A stretch of DNA of 64,000 nucleotides. Origin: Blastocladiella emersonii ATCC 22665 (Eukaryota; Fungi; Blastocladiomycota). The stretch's first letter is position 1. Each line of letters begins with the position of its first letter. Positions 10,513 through 23,236 of this stretch are shown here, piece by piece. Below the pieces are notes generated by a model that had not been told where the DNA came from, ran no database searches, and saw nothing but the letters and a program-made list of their open reading frames with translations. The translations under genes and the position numbers were made by a program. The stretch lies in contig JANHCV010000007.1 in assembly GCA_025594325.1 (NCBI GenBank), positions 1,860,001-1,924,000 on the forward strand, given 5' to 3'.

Positions 10513-12408
10513 TCAGAGCACCTCTGCAACCTTGAACGACTTGAGGCCGGGGAGAGACGCGATTTGCTCGCGCACCTCGTCGCTCACGCTGTCCGCCTCG
10601 ACTCTCAGAACCTCGAGCTTTGGCCACAGCTCGGCCCCGATCTCGTCGGGCGAGCCACGGACCGTCAGCTTGTGCAGCTCGGGGAGAGTGGTACGGCCGA
10701 GGCCGCTGCAAACGGACGCCGTCACGTCCATCTCGCGCAAGCACGGGAAGATGAGCCCGCCCTCCTTGACGACGCGCATGTACGTGTACACCGTCGGAAG
10801 TATGAGCCGCTCGAGCTTTGGGCAGCGGCGTGAGAGCTGGACGAGGTCCATAGACTGGATGACGGCGCGAGCGCGATGCCCGCGGTATTCCGGCACCATG
10901 CGCAGCTCGCGGAGGGACGGAAACGCGGGTCAGTAGCGCAGGTCAAGTTCCGGAGCCACGGACGTGTACTCATTTGTGGCCCCGTCCCAGACGAGTGTTG
11001 CGCGTCGTTCGACCAACAAGTTCGCGGGTCGCTCGGACAGGTCGTTGACGATGACAAGTGTCTCAAGAACCGGTAGCGAGCCCTCCGTGATGCGCATGGC
11101 CAGCTCATCGCCACGGAGGCCGGACATGATCGACAACGTGGTTTCGAGATGGCGGAGGCAAGGCATCGAAACACTCGTCGGGACACCAGGTCCAGTCGGT
11201 GATGGTTCGGGAGTTACAAGTAGCCCGAGGCGCTCGAGGTGCGGGTGCGTGAGTGCCAGGCTGAGCTGCTCAAAGTTACTCGTGCTTCCGCGCAACGTAA
11301 GCGAGCGAATGCGGCGGTAGGCGCGGTGCCGCGGTGCTGCTCTGAGATCCCGGCTTCGCTTCGTCATAGCGTCATCGTCGCTGTCGCTGCCAGCAAGGTC
11401 GTCCGCACTGTCATCGCTCGTTCGTTCCATGAACGGGTGCGGCGATTGGTACGGGTCGCCCACGAGGTGGCCGAGTCCAAGCTCGCGGGCTCGCTCGATT
11501 TGGCGCTTAGTCAGAAGGAGGGCGCTGGTCAGAGGCACGTTGTACTCGAGGTGCTTTGCCTCATAGTCGAATTCAAGAATGCCGAGAGGGGCAGGCATAG
11601 TCCACGCGCCGCGTCTGGTATGAGAGTAGTGGAATACCGCAGCCATCGGAAAGCATCGAACGAGCCGAGACGCGAGTTGAACGGCGCTCTTGGACTCGGA
11701 GCGGAACTCGAGTTTCTGGATGCGGGCCGGATCGAGTGCAGCGAGGAAGGGAAGACGCTTCCACTTGCGACCGCCGACAATCTCGCGAAGATCAAAGCTC
11801 GTGCCGTTGTAGTCGACGATGGTGAGCGCAGAGACGAGCGATAGCGGGAACGGCGTGAGGACCAGGCCGCCTTTGATTTCGCATGCCGCGCAGAGATTCG
11901 CGAGCGCGGCTTTGTCGATAAAGGACGACCACAGGGATGCGATTCCGGCTCGGACGCGCTCGAGTGAGTCTTGAGGTGTGACGAACGAAGCCAAGTAGAG
12001 CTGACCGGTGCGGACCACGTACGGACACAGTTCGGGGATCTCGGAGAGAGGCCTGACGTGCTGCATCAAGTCCGAGGTCGTCGTGTCAACAATGCGGCGC
12101 ATGTTGGTGAGCGGGTGCACGTCGGCCGTCCGGTTCCACGCGGGCAGCCGGTGCTTCGCGACGTTGGCGCGGAACCCGAGAACCAGCTCGCGGAACAAGT
12201 AGGGGCGAGTGATGGCGTATGTTGTGCGGCATAGGTTACCGAGATGCAACAGATCCCAGCGCCACGGATCGACCGACTCGTTTGAACCAGCGCGGCCGCG
12301 CTTCACGACGAAATGAACGACGCGCTCCCACAGCTCGACGGGCAGGTGGCGGTCAGAAGCAGCCTCGGGATCAGTTGCATCAAGTTTCATGTCTTGAAAT
12401 TGCTCCAT
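10513..12408 (-). CDS. F-box-like / LRR-like protein, paralogue B, with one in-frame TGA at 10930-10932
   Basis: F-box-like RHLPVELWERVVHFV. LRR-like segments (RIRSLTLRG, HLERLGL, CLRHLET, KLERLIL, CLREMDV, ELHKLTV, KLEVLRV). The downstream ORF 10513-10899 is in the same frame, reading ELDLRY*PAFPSLRELRM. Confidence 0.7.
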
Positions 12409-12646
12409 GGTAGCGAGGGGAAGGCCTTCGAGGGAGAGCGGGTCGCGAGAGATGAGGCTTCGCCGACCAGGTCGCCGGCCGAAGCACCGCGGTCACGCCC
12501 AAGTGAACAGCGCGCCCATTCCCCGACTCGCTCCGCTTACGTAGCAAATCAATTGTGCGTGCAAAGATGAAAGTGTATGGTGTGCAAGTCTCCTCCCCCT
12601 CCTCCTCATGAAAGTGATCGTGAACATGCCCCCCTCCCTCCTCAAA

Positions 12647-15600
12647 CTATAACCGACTCAACTCGAGATCCAGCGTAAGCACGCGCGGGCCACGCATCCA
12701 CGACTCGAACCGCGCGCGCGCCTCGGTATCCGCCACGACGCCCGTGCCGCCCGCGACCGACCACGACCGCCGGTGCGACCCCGTGGCCGCCGACTCGCCG
12801 ACCCACGACGACCGCGCGGTCCCCGCCGCGTTGTTGTTGTCGCCCTCGATCAGGTCCCACAGCGGGTCGCGCGGCGCCCACCGCGGCGTGCTCGCGTTCG
12901 ACGACACGGGCGGCGCGTCGGCCATACCCAGGCTGTACGACCGGTGCCGGCCGGACTTGGCGGTGGCGGCTGCGTCGCGCGCGCGGGCAGCCGAGGCGAC
13001 AGCGATGCCGGACCCCCGGAGGTGCGTGCTCGGGGACCGCTCGGGACGCGCGGGCGCCCGCCCGCGGACCGCCGCGACGCGCGGGTTCGTGACGGCTGGT
13101 GCCGCGGGGACCTGGGTGTCGACGACCTGCAGGCGGACGCGGGCCACCTCGATGGCGACCTCGGCCGCGACGGCCGTGACCGACGTTGCCGATGCGACGG
13201 TAGCAGCGACCGAAGACGCGGACCGGCTCGCGGCCTCGATGACGGCGCGCGCGTGCGCGGTCAGGACCGCCTGCTTGGCGGACCGCGACGGCCGGTCGAC
13301 GAGATCGTGGCCGCCCGTGGTGCTCCAGAAACTCGCGTCGGGGTCCGCGGCGCCGCCCGCGCTCCCGGCGGCCGTCAGCGCGGCGATCCCGCCACCACCC
13401 GCCGCAGCCGCGCGCGGGTGGTTACGCGACGACGGTGACGACGCCGACGCGGCGCATGGACGGTGCAGGAGGACAATATCCACGACCGCCGTCTCGTTCT
13501 CCTCGATGAGCGCGGCCATATCGTCAGCGTACGGGATCCCGTGCACGCGGCCGGTGCTCGAGTCGACAGCGAGCCAGGCGGGGAGCGGCGCGCCGCGGGC
13601 CGTGCGCGCCGAGTACCGCGCCGTGGAAGGCGCGCCGGGCACGCGGCTGACGCGCGCGAGCGTCGGGTGCAGGTAGCTGAAGGGCTGACCGACGACGGCG
13701 ATGGCGCGCGGGACGGGTGGACCGGAGTCCTCGTCCGACTCGTTGAGGAGGAACATGGACGACGGCGAGATGTGGCTCGGCGTCGACAGCGTTCCGGTGC
13801 GGTGCAGCGACGCGTAGCGCCGCGAGTGGAGGGAGGGGGAGCACGTCGAGACGGTCGGCGAGCCCGACACGCAGTACAGCTCCGGGCACACGGCGCGCCA
13901 CGACTGCATCGTCATGTCGGCGGCGGCCGCGTTGTTGGTGGACGAGGCCGGCACGCCCAGGCGGGTAGGTCGTGGATCAGGGTGTCGGACTAGACGCAGG
14001 AGAAGGTCGGCATCGCTTTCCATGCATGATCAAGGCACATCACGTACTCTGATTCGGCGGCGTCGCAACCGCGATTCGGTCGAGCGACGTGTGTGCGAGC
14101 ATCTCCTTGCCGCGCTCGATGGCCGTGGTCGACGACAGCGAGAGGTCCGAATCCGTCCCATGGTTACGGTGGTGGTGCAAGATCGGTCCCGCCGCCGAAT
14201 CCACACTCTCGCGCAGCGTCGGCGGCACCACACCCTTCCCCGCGGGCCCAAGCTCGACATCGACGAGCGACCGCTTACGCATCTCGGTCCGGCGGCGGCG
14301 CACCGCGCCCACGGCCCACCCGACGAACGCGAGCGCGAGGACCGCCGCGACCACGATCCCGGAGTACTGCACGACGCGGTTGTGCGGGGCCGTCGCGAAG
14401 AAGGCGCGTGCGCTGCTCGTGTCGATATCGGCGAACATGCGCGAGATGGCCGCTGTGACGCTGCCGCTGCCGCTGCTGTTCTCGGATGCCTCGGATGCCG
14501 GGGCACCGTCGCCTGCAGCTGGCCCGCGCGCCGTATCGCCGCTGCCACCACCCGCGGTACCCGACTCGGGCGTCGGCGGCGCGGGCGGCGAAGCCCACTG
14601 GACCTGCACCCGCGCGATCCCGACAGCGCCCGCGGTATCGCGCACCGTGACCTGGACCTCGGCGGTCCCGAGCGGGACCCCGCCGACGGTCGCGTTGAGG
14701 AGCAACGGCAGCGTCGCGGGCTCAAACTCGATAGCGCCGCCGGCCGTCGCCGCGGGGAGCGGCGGGACGAGGCTCACGTCCCAGTCGGCGGCCGTGTCGT
14801 TATTCGGCGAGTCGTGGAACAGGTCCGCGAGGCGCAGGATGACGCGCTCGTCGCCGTTCTCACCGCCGCTGCGCGTCACGTTCGCGACGTAGACGGGCGT
14901 CCGCGGCCTTGGCGCGGTCCACCCGTCGACGACCACGTCGAGCGGCGCCCACGCGAGCGCGCCAGCCGGGTCGACGGCGGCGATCCACACGGTGCGGCTG
15001 GCGTGGCGCGGCGCGAGGTCGGTCAGATTCACCGCGCGCGCGGGATCGGCGGCAGCGGCGAGCTGCGCCGACGCGTTGGCCGTGAGCGCGAGCCACGGCG
15101 ATCCGGCCGCTGCGACCGCAGACGTGTTGGTGGCGGGCGGCGTGAACTTGAGCGTGCCCGTGCTCGGGTCCCACACAACGGCCGCCAAGTCGGCAGCTGC
15201 CGCGCGGTCCGTCGCCCACGGGACAGCGAGATAGCCGAGCGGGTCGCCGTCGGCATCCGTCGCGGCGGCCGGCGGAACGGTCCACGTCGCCGGGCCGGTC
15301 CCGTTGACGGCGAGCGTCCACCGGCCCGCCTCGCCGTCGACCGCCGCGAACGCCGGCGCGCGGTTCGCGGGCGGGAGCTGGAACGCGAGTGCGGCGGGCA
15401 ACGGCGCGGCCGCGGCGAGCAGGACGGGCGACCACGTCAGGTTGACGAGGACCCCGCGCTTAGCGTCGCGCGCGTCGGACAGCGACGCGTTGGGCAGCGT
15501 CCCCGAGATGACGCCGGTGCTTGCGTCGAGCGTGAGCCACCGCGGCAGCCCCGTGGCCGCGAGCAGCGGCGAGCCGAGCCCCGCGGGGACCATGCCCGTG

Positions 15601-16464
15601 CCGACGCCGAACGCGGCGGCGGCGGCCGCAGACGCGTTCCACGAGACGGACTCGCCGTAGTGAACCGCGACGACCGTCACGTTCGCGCCGTCGCTGGCGG
15701 AGAGGGGCGCGGCGTCGGCGGGGTCCACGAGACGCGTCCACGGCGTGGTCGGGAATAGCGCCGCGGCCTGCGCGACGAGCGCGGGCGCGCTGGCGTTGGT
15801 CAGGCGGAGCGACGTGGCGAGCGGGCCGGCGCGGTCGAGGTCGGTTGGGAGGAAGGTCGCGTTCACGGATGCAGGGTCCGCGAAGGGCGAGATGGACGTC
15901 ATGGTGGTGTTGTTGTTGGTGGTGTCGCCGAAACCGCGCGACGCCGACGACAATGCGGTCCCGTTGTTGTTGTTGGAGCGGTCGGTCGCGAGAATCACGA
16001 GCGTGTCTACGACTTGCCGGGTGCCGGCGAGGGCGACGAGTCCGACGGTTGATCTACTGCATTGCGAGTCACGAATCAGAGTCTGGTCAGCGAGCGAGGA
16101 GAGGGGGACGAGCGCGACGCGGTGTCGCTGGAACAAGCACGACGCGTGCGTACCTGTTCGCGTCGAGCGGGACGCGGCCGTTGAAGGTGCGGTTGCCCGG
16201 GAAGAAGGCGAGCCACGACGGCGATCCCAGGGCGAGGTAGCTCAGCGGGCCGCCGGCCGAGGCCGAGGTGAAGGTCGTCGAGTCGAACGTGAAGGAGAAC
16301 CAGTCACCGCGGATGGCGGGCGGGACCGACTGCTTTGAGAGCGGGTAGGAGAGTCTGAGCGAGGAAGCCGGGGCCGCTGCTGCGAGTCGGCAGCAGCACG
16401 CGAGGACAGCGAGGGCCGCGAGCCAGTGTATCGGCCCGAGGCGCCGAGGCCCACGGTTCCACAT
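12647..16464 (-). CDS. AXL2: Axl2/Bud10-like type I membrane protein with dystroglycan-type cadherin-like (CADG/He_PIG) repeats
   Basis: Signal peptide (MWNRG...WLAALAVLACCCRLAAAA). Axl2-type first domain (PPAIRGDWFSFTFDSTTF...PSWLAFFPGNRTFNG). Further LPRWLTLDASTGVISGT and WDPSTGTLKFTP repeats. TM segment GIVVAAVLALAFVGWAVGAV followed by RRRR. Introns near 16056-16153 and ~14000-14045. Confidence 0.75.
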
Positions 16465-16934
16465 TCTATCACTACATGGATAGCGTTGATCAACATCGAT
16501 GGTCGAACCAGCTGAAGGAAGGAGCACGCACGTCGGGAAGCAAGTCGCAAGTCAGATCTAGGCGCAGGGAGGGACCAGGGGAGGAGCGGGTTCCGTGTCG
16601 CGCGGTGGTGGTGGCGCCGTCGAACTCGACCTTCCTTTTCGAGAGAGAGCGCTCATAGTGGTGCGGGGGTTCGCCGACCGGCCGCGACTGCGAGTGGTTC
16701 TGTCTGTACAACGAACGCCATGACCGCGAACAGGCACGGTGCTTGTTACGGCTGCGCCGGTCCCTGCTGATGCTTGCTTCTTCCTCGCGTCTGCGCGAGT
16801 GGAGACGCGTTGGGAGACCCCGCGTCGTCGTCAGGGACGCGTCGCGCCACGCGTGCCTTCACGTGCGCGGCCATGACATCACTTTGTTCCGCGAAAATCT
16901 TGCCCTTGTATCATCCACGTTACACAAAACCAGT

Positions 16935-17502
16935 CTACTGCTGCTGCTGCTGCTGAACCGACAACGCAGCGCGAAGCGTGCGCGCGAGGAGCCGGAGCGT
17001 GGGGAGGTGCGGGGACCGGATAGCGCCGGCGCCAACGCCGTTGCCCGCGGCGCCGCCGAGGTTGCTGGCAGCGAGCAGGAGCTGCTGCGCGGCCTCGACC
17101 TGGTGGAGCGCCTGGGCGAGGACGCCGAACACGACGGGCGCAAACTCGTCGCCGCCGCCGGCGGCCAGGTTGGCCGCGAGCATGGCGGGCGTGAACACGG
17201 CCACCATGGCCTGCAGCCAGCGCATGCGCCCGTCAAAGTGCGGGCCGCCCGTCTCGGCCACCTCGTTGAGCCCATGCGACAGCGCCGCGGTGACCGAGAC
17301 CGTCACGGGGAGCGTCAGGTGCGCCATCACGTCCGCGGGCGGCGCCGTGCGCGCCACGAGCCAGTCGATGGCGCCCGTCGGGTCCGCGCTGTTGAGCGCG
17401 AGCCGCAGCGCCGAGTCCAGCTGCCCGGCCATGAGGAGCCGCTCGATCTGCGCGTCGAGGGGCTCGTCGGCGGCCGCGGGCATCTCGTTCGGGGCACCGT
17501 TG

Positions 17503-17548
<46 letters not shown>

Positions 17549-20500
17549 ACGGGGCAGCGGACCCGGCACCGTCGTACTCCTCGTACGAGTCCTCCTCGTG
17601 GTGGTGCTGGTGGTGGTGACCACCAAAGTCCTGCCCCTCGTGCGCGTCCTGGGCGCCGTGGCCGTGGTGGAGCACGTCGATCGCGTCCTCGTCCTCTTCG
17701 TCCGACGACGACGACGTGGCCGCGAACCCGCGCGCGCCATCGGTCGCATCGGCAAACTCCTCCTCGTCGTCCTCCTCCTCTTCCTCTTCATCCTCGTCCT
17801 CCTCGTCAGCGTCCTCGTCGTCCGACGACGCGTACACCTCGCGGGCGCCCGCCGCGACCGCGGCCGCAGCGGCGATCGCCTCCATCTTGCCAATGACCTG
17901 GCCGACGCCCGCCTCGAACGTGGCCGCGACCTGGCGGAACATTTCGGCGGTGGCGCGCTCGTACGCGGGGACGAGGGCGTCGACGACGGCCGTCTGGCAC
18001 GCCTCGGCCATGCGGGCCGTGGCGGCCTCGATGGCGGCGGACTGCGCCGCGTTCTGCTTCTTGATCTGCGCGGCCACCTCGCGCGTGACGGCGGGCACGA
18101 CCTGGGCCTTGATCTGCGCGGCAATCACCTTGTCGAGCGCGGCCGCGACGTTGGTCGTCAGCGTCTCGGCGACCACCTTGAGCAGCGCCTCCTGCCGCTC
18201 GAGCTCGGCCGCCGCGCGCTTGGCCGCGTCCGCGTCGAGCTTGCGCGTGAGCGTCGCGAGCCGGTCGTCGAGCAGCTTGGTCACCTGCGCCGCCGAGAGA
18301 CCGGCGACGCCCGCACCCGTCGTCTCCTGGTGCTGCGGCGCCGCCGCGAGCGCGGCCGCGGACACGGACCGCGGCGTGGTGCCGACCGACGGCGACGGCG
18401 GGTTCGAGTTGGGCGCGCTGGTCAGCGGCTGCGCAGCCGCCGCGTTCGCCGCGGCCGCGGTGTTGGCGGCACTCGTGCGCTTAGACCGGCCGGAGCTCGA
18501 GGCGCTCTGGACGGGCACGACGACGGCGTTGGACGTTTGCGCGCCCTGCGACGTGCGGACGGCGGCGTCGACGGCGATCGACGCGACAAACTCGGCGGCG
18601 GACCCGGTGAGCACGCCAGCGGTGGTCGTCGAGACGAGCACCGCGTCCTTACGCAGGATGTAGTCGAGGGCGGGGGTCTCGGGCGCGGGGATGGCGCGGA
18701 AGATGCGGGACGGCATCCCGGCCGAGGTCAGCGTGATCCCGAGCAGGGTCTGCTGGGCGCCGGGGGCGGGCGAGCCAGTCGACGCGCCGGAGCCCTGGGC
18801 GGCGCGGACGAGGAGGAGCCCGGCGGTGCCGCGGAGCTGCGCGAGCGTGGCCTTGGGGATGTTGACTACGGAGAGGACCGTGCACAGGCGCGTGTTGCTG
18901 CGGGAGATGGCGCAGGTGACGACCGAGTGCGGCGTGGCGACCGCGATCCGCAGCTCCGTCTCCGTGTGGTGGACCGACGTGAGCCCGACAACGTTGCCGC
19001 CCGTGATGGACGCCGGGAGCGCGAACCAGCGCGCGAGCGAGAGGCCCGACCACAGGCGGAACTCGCCCGCGGTGGTGCCCGTCCACACGTAGTACCCGAG
19101 CGTCGACGGGACGAGGTGCGCGACCTGGCCGGGGACCACGGTGGCGGTAGCGGGGTCGTCGAGGGCGGCCTCGAACACGCCGTTGGCCGAGAACGACGCG
19201 GCGGCGGCGCTCACGACGACGAGGTGGTGCACGGCGTTGCACACGGCCATGGCGACGATCTGGCCGTTCTCCTGGACGAGCAGGCGCGTGAGCTGCACGG
19301 GCGACGCGGCGGCGGCGGCCGGGTCCTTGGACGCGGTGACGCGGATCTCGCCGGTGCGGTCGACGACGCCCTCGGCGGCCGAGACGCGGTACACGGAGAT
19401 GGCGTCGTTGTGGGCGAGGGCGAGGAGCGTCGAGGCCATGGCGAGGTCGGTCACGGGCCGGGCGGGGACCGGGTCGACGAGCAGCGAGAGCGACTGCTTG
19501 GCCGCCACGTCGACGACGTGCAGCTCGCCGCCCGCCATGTACGCGGCGAGGGAGCCGTCGGCGTTAGCGGCGAGCAGGCTCGCGCCGTTCCCGTCGGCGG
19601 CGACCTCGGCGAGGCCGGGGAACGGCATGGCGGGAGCCGACCCGAGGTGGACCGTGTGGGTGACGAGGACGGGCGGGGCCGTCGGGACGCCCTTGGCGGC
19701 GGCCGAGGCCGAGGTCTTGGAAGCGGGCGGCGGCTGGAGGACAATGACGCCGTTCGGGACGGTGGCGGTGGACGTCGAGCCGACGACGGTGCGCTGCGAG
19801 GCGGCCGACTCGGAACGCGTGGGCGAGGCGGGCGGGAGGGGCCACTTGGCGGCGGCGGGCTCGGTGGTGGACGGGGTGGGCGGGGCGCGCACGCTGCGGG
19901 CGGGGCTGAGCGGGCGCACGTTGACGAGCTCCGAGGGGCTCTCCATGTCCATGAGGTCGGCGGCGCTCGGGCGGCGCGGCACGCCGGGGGTGGTGGCAGC
20001 GGCACCGGCCGTGCCCTTTGCCGGCGGGGTCGAGGCGGCGGCGGGGGTCAGCGACAGCGAGAGCGCGGCGGGGACGGCCAGCGAGGCGGGGGAGGGCCCA
20101 GCCGAGGGCGACTTCTTGCCGCCACGCTCGCCGCGCTTGCGGGCCGACTTGGCGGGGGTAGTGGTCGAGACCGCAGCGTTGCCGTTGGCGGGGGTGGCCG
20201 GCTTGGGCGGGGCGGTCTCGTCGGCGACCTGCTTTTTGACGGCAGTCGCAGTCGCAGCCGAAGAAGCGCGAGCAGTCGGCGAGGCGGGGACGGGGAGGGT
20301 GCCGTCGCCATCCGTGTTGGCGGGGACGGCAAACTCGGTGGTCTCGGCCGCTGGGCGGACGGGCGCGACGGGGGCAGCGGGCGGGGCGAGCTGCTCGAGG
20401 AGCTGGAACGGGTTGGTGTAGGTGTAGCCGGGAGCCGACGACAGGGCGGCCGACGAGGGCGGGGTGGTACGGGCCAGGGTGGCCGAGGACGGCGGGGTCG

Positions 20501-21398
20501 TCGAGCTGACGGCACCACGGCCGGCGGCGGTAGCGGGCGAGGCGTCGGGAGCCGGGGCGGTGGGAGAGACGTAGAGGTTGGCGGGCGACGGCTTGCGGGC
20601 CGAGGTCGCAGTCGACGTCGGAGTCGGGACCGGGGCAGACTGCTTGAGGGGCAGGCCGGGCGGATCAGCAGCGGCCGGGGCCGCAGACGGGAGCGAGTTG
20701 GACGAGGCATTGGCGCTGGGCGCGGGCGAGGCGTTGGCCGACGGGGTGCCGCCGAGCAGGGTCGAGAGCAGCGGGTTGGAGGCGTTGGAGGGAGCGCGGC
20801 CCTGGGTGGCAGCGTTGAGGAGGGCCTGGAGGTGGCTCTGGGCGGCGCCCGTGGCGGCGGTGGGCGATGGCGGGACGCGCGCGGCCGCGGCGGCAGCGGC
20901 GGGCGCGGTGCCGAGGTTGAAGGTGAGGCCGCCGAGCGAGAGGGCGTGTGGCTGCTGCTGCTGTTGAACCGGCGGCGGCTGCTGGGCCGGCTGGGCATGA
21001 GCGTGCTGCTGCTGCTGGGCGTGCTGGTGGAGCTGCTGCTGGTAGTGTTGCTGCTGCTGCTGCTGGTAGTGCTGCTGCTGCTGGTAGTAGGACATGTGCG
21101 GCATGAGCGGCTGCTGCGGGTACGCGTAGGCGCCGACGGCGGCGGCACCGGTGGGCGGGGCCATGGGGTAGGCGGGGTAGGCGGGCGGCTGCGGGTAGGC
21201 GGCGGGCGCGTCGGGGTACTGCAGCTGCTGCTGAGGCTGCTGGGCCTGCTGCGGGCTCGGCGAGGGGGCCGGGCGGTTGATCATGTCGAGCAGCTACCGG
21301 GGGCGCGCGAGGGTTCGCGTGTGAGCGCTCCATGGCGTGTTGGTGGTCGGGCGCGGGCGGCAGCGTACCCGCTTGGAGTGGTTCGTGTTGCTTTCCAT
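16935..21398 (-). CDS. EDC4: Enhancer of mRNA decapping protein 4 (Ge-1/VARICOSE/Pdc1-like)
   Basis: P/Q-rich N-terminus, degenerate beta-propeller, helical region (LVPAYERATAEMFRQVAATFEAG) and Ge-1 C-terminal-like domain (QLDSALRLAL...IDWLV...RMRWLQ). First exon MESNTNHSKR at 21398 is spliced via GTACGC...TAG to LLDMINR. Confidence 0.75.
17503..17546. repeat. (CTG/CAG)n microsatellite encoding ~14 Gln in EDC4
   Basis: Uninterrupted TGC/CTG run. Confidence 0.9.
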
Positions 21399-21665
21399 GG
21401 CTGCAGCGAGTTGGCGGCGGTCGTCGCGGGTGTAAGCGGCCGTCGCGGTTGGGGGAGCGGGAGCGGGAGCGGGAGTGGCGGCGCGAAACGAGCGAACGAC
21501 GCGTCGCTTCCCAAGTGGGCGACGACGGCGCCACGTGGGCGCAGATGACGCTCGACGCGCCCTGATCGACGCGTTGCCCTTGGTCGTTCCGCCGCCTTCC
21601 TTGCTACGCCCCCTGACGCCGATCCTCCCTCCCTCCCAACGACCCATGAAGTACATGAACGCACC

Positions 21666-23191
21666 ATGAGAGAGATCCTCACCGTCCAGCTCGGCTCGCA
21701 CGCCAACTACGCCGCCACCCACTTCTGGAACGCCCAGTGCGCGTACCCGGCCGACTCCGATGCCCTCGACCACGGCGTCTTCTTCCGCTCCGGCCGCACC
21801 TTCGAGGTCCGTTTAACTCGGACCCAGACCACATGAGCACAACCAGACTGACCCTCCCACCCCAACTCTAGGGCGAGGAGTCCATCACCCCGCGCACCAT
21901 CGTCGTCGACTTCCGCGACGCCATGGGCAGCGTGGCCGCGGAACCGTCCGTGGACATTGAAGCCGAGCGCGCTGCGGCTTCCTCGCGGCTGTGGGGCGGC
22001 AGCCTCGACGCCATCGTGCAGCCCGCGTCCGCGCCGTCCGAGTACCACGCCGAGCTCGAGCGCGACGGCCTTCCCCAAAACTCGGCCGAGTACCGCGCGC
22101 CCGACGGCCACCGGCTGCTCGACCCGGCGCGCGTGCGGTCGTGGGCCGACTACCTGCACTCGTACCTGCACCCGCGCTCGCTCGCCCCGCTGACGCGCCC
22201 GCTCGCCTGGGACGCGTACGACGCGGGCACCGATTTGGCGGGTTTGCCCGACTGGCTCGACGCGGTCGTCGAGTCGCAGGCCCGCTTCTTCATGGAGGAG
22301 GCCGACAGCCCGCAGGGCCTCGTGGTGCTCGCCGACGCCGACGGCGGGTGGGCCGGCGTCGCGGGCGCCCTGCTCCCGCTGCTCGCCGACGAGTACCCGA
22401 AAAAGTCGTTTCTCGTGCACACGCTGACCTCGGCCGAGCCCGCGCACCACTGGTCGCTCGCCCGCCTGACGGCCGCGCTCGCCGACTCGTTTGACGGTAC
22501 TTCGGGCTACACGCAGCACCTGGTCGGCGTCAACCCCGCTGCGCGCGCGTCGCCCGGCGCCCAGTATCTCGGCACCGCGGCTATCGGCATGGCGCTCGAC
22601 GTGCTCGCCGCCCCGCTGCGCTCGCACCACGCACCGCAAAACGCGCAGGGGTTCGGCCCCGCCCCGCGCTCGCTCGCTGACCTGACCCAGCTTTTATACG
22701 TGGGCGGCTCGTCGCGCTCGCCCTTCACCACCGCCCGCCTGTGGTCGCCGCCCGTCGCTGCGGGGTTGGCGAAGGCCGGCATGCACCCCGCCGTTGAACG
22801 GGACTGGATCTCGCTCGCGGCCCCGCTCGCCCTCGACTCTGTCACCACTCCGGACGCCGAGCTGTACATCCGCGTCGGCGCGCCCGACCCCGCCGAAGTC
22901 GACGACCCGCGCCGCGCGCCGCGCAACGCGACCGCCGCCGTCCCGCTGTGGCAGCCGCGGTGCATGGCGTCGGCCAGCTTGCGTGTCACTTCCCCGCACT
23001 TCCCGCGCGCGTTCCCGTTCCCGTACGTCGAGCCTATGGAGGACGACGAGGCGTGCGCCGTGCACTGGACCGCGTCGCGCGCGGCCGTCGCGCCGCTCGT
23101 TCGGTCCATGGCGGCCTCGGTGCGCCGCGACGACGTGGATGTGGCCGAGCAGCTGCTCGGCATGGTCGAGAACGACGAGTCGTACGACTGA
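21666..23191 (+). CDS. DML1: Misato/Dml1 tubulin-like protein
   Basis: [24 protein letters not shown] (Misato segment II). After an intron (GTCCGT...CTGAC...TAG): [20 protein letters not shown]. Also [24 protein letters not shown]. Confidence 0.9.
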
Positions 23192-23236
23192 GTAGTTTTG
23201 AATGAAATAGAATGTATTGTTGCTCTGCCGTAAACC

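Noticed and set aside
16743-21548. 1601-aa plus-strand ORF and many other long overlapping ORFs (e.g. 13914-15758, 61316-63382, 27312-28688)
   Set aside because: Antisense or alternate-frame shadows of real genes in very GC-rich, GC3-biased DNA where stops are rare. They are Arg/Gly/Ala-rich with no motifs.
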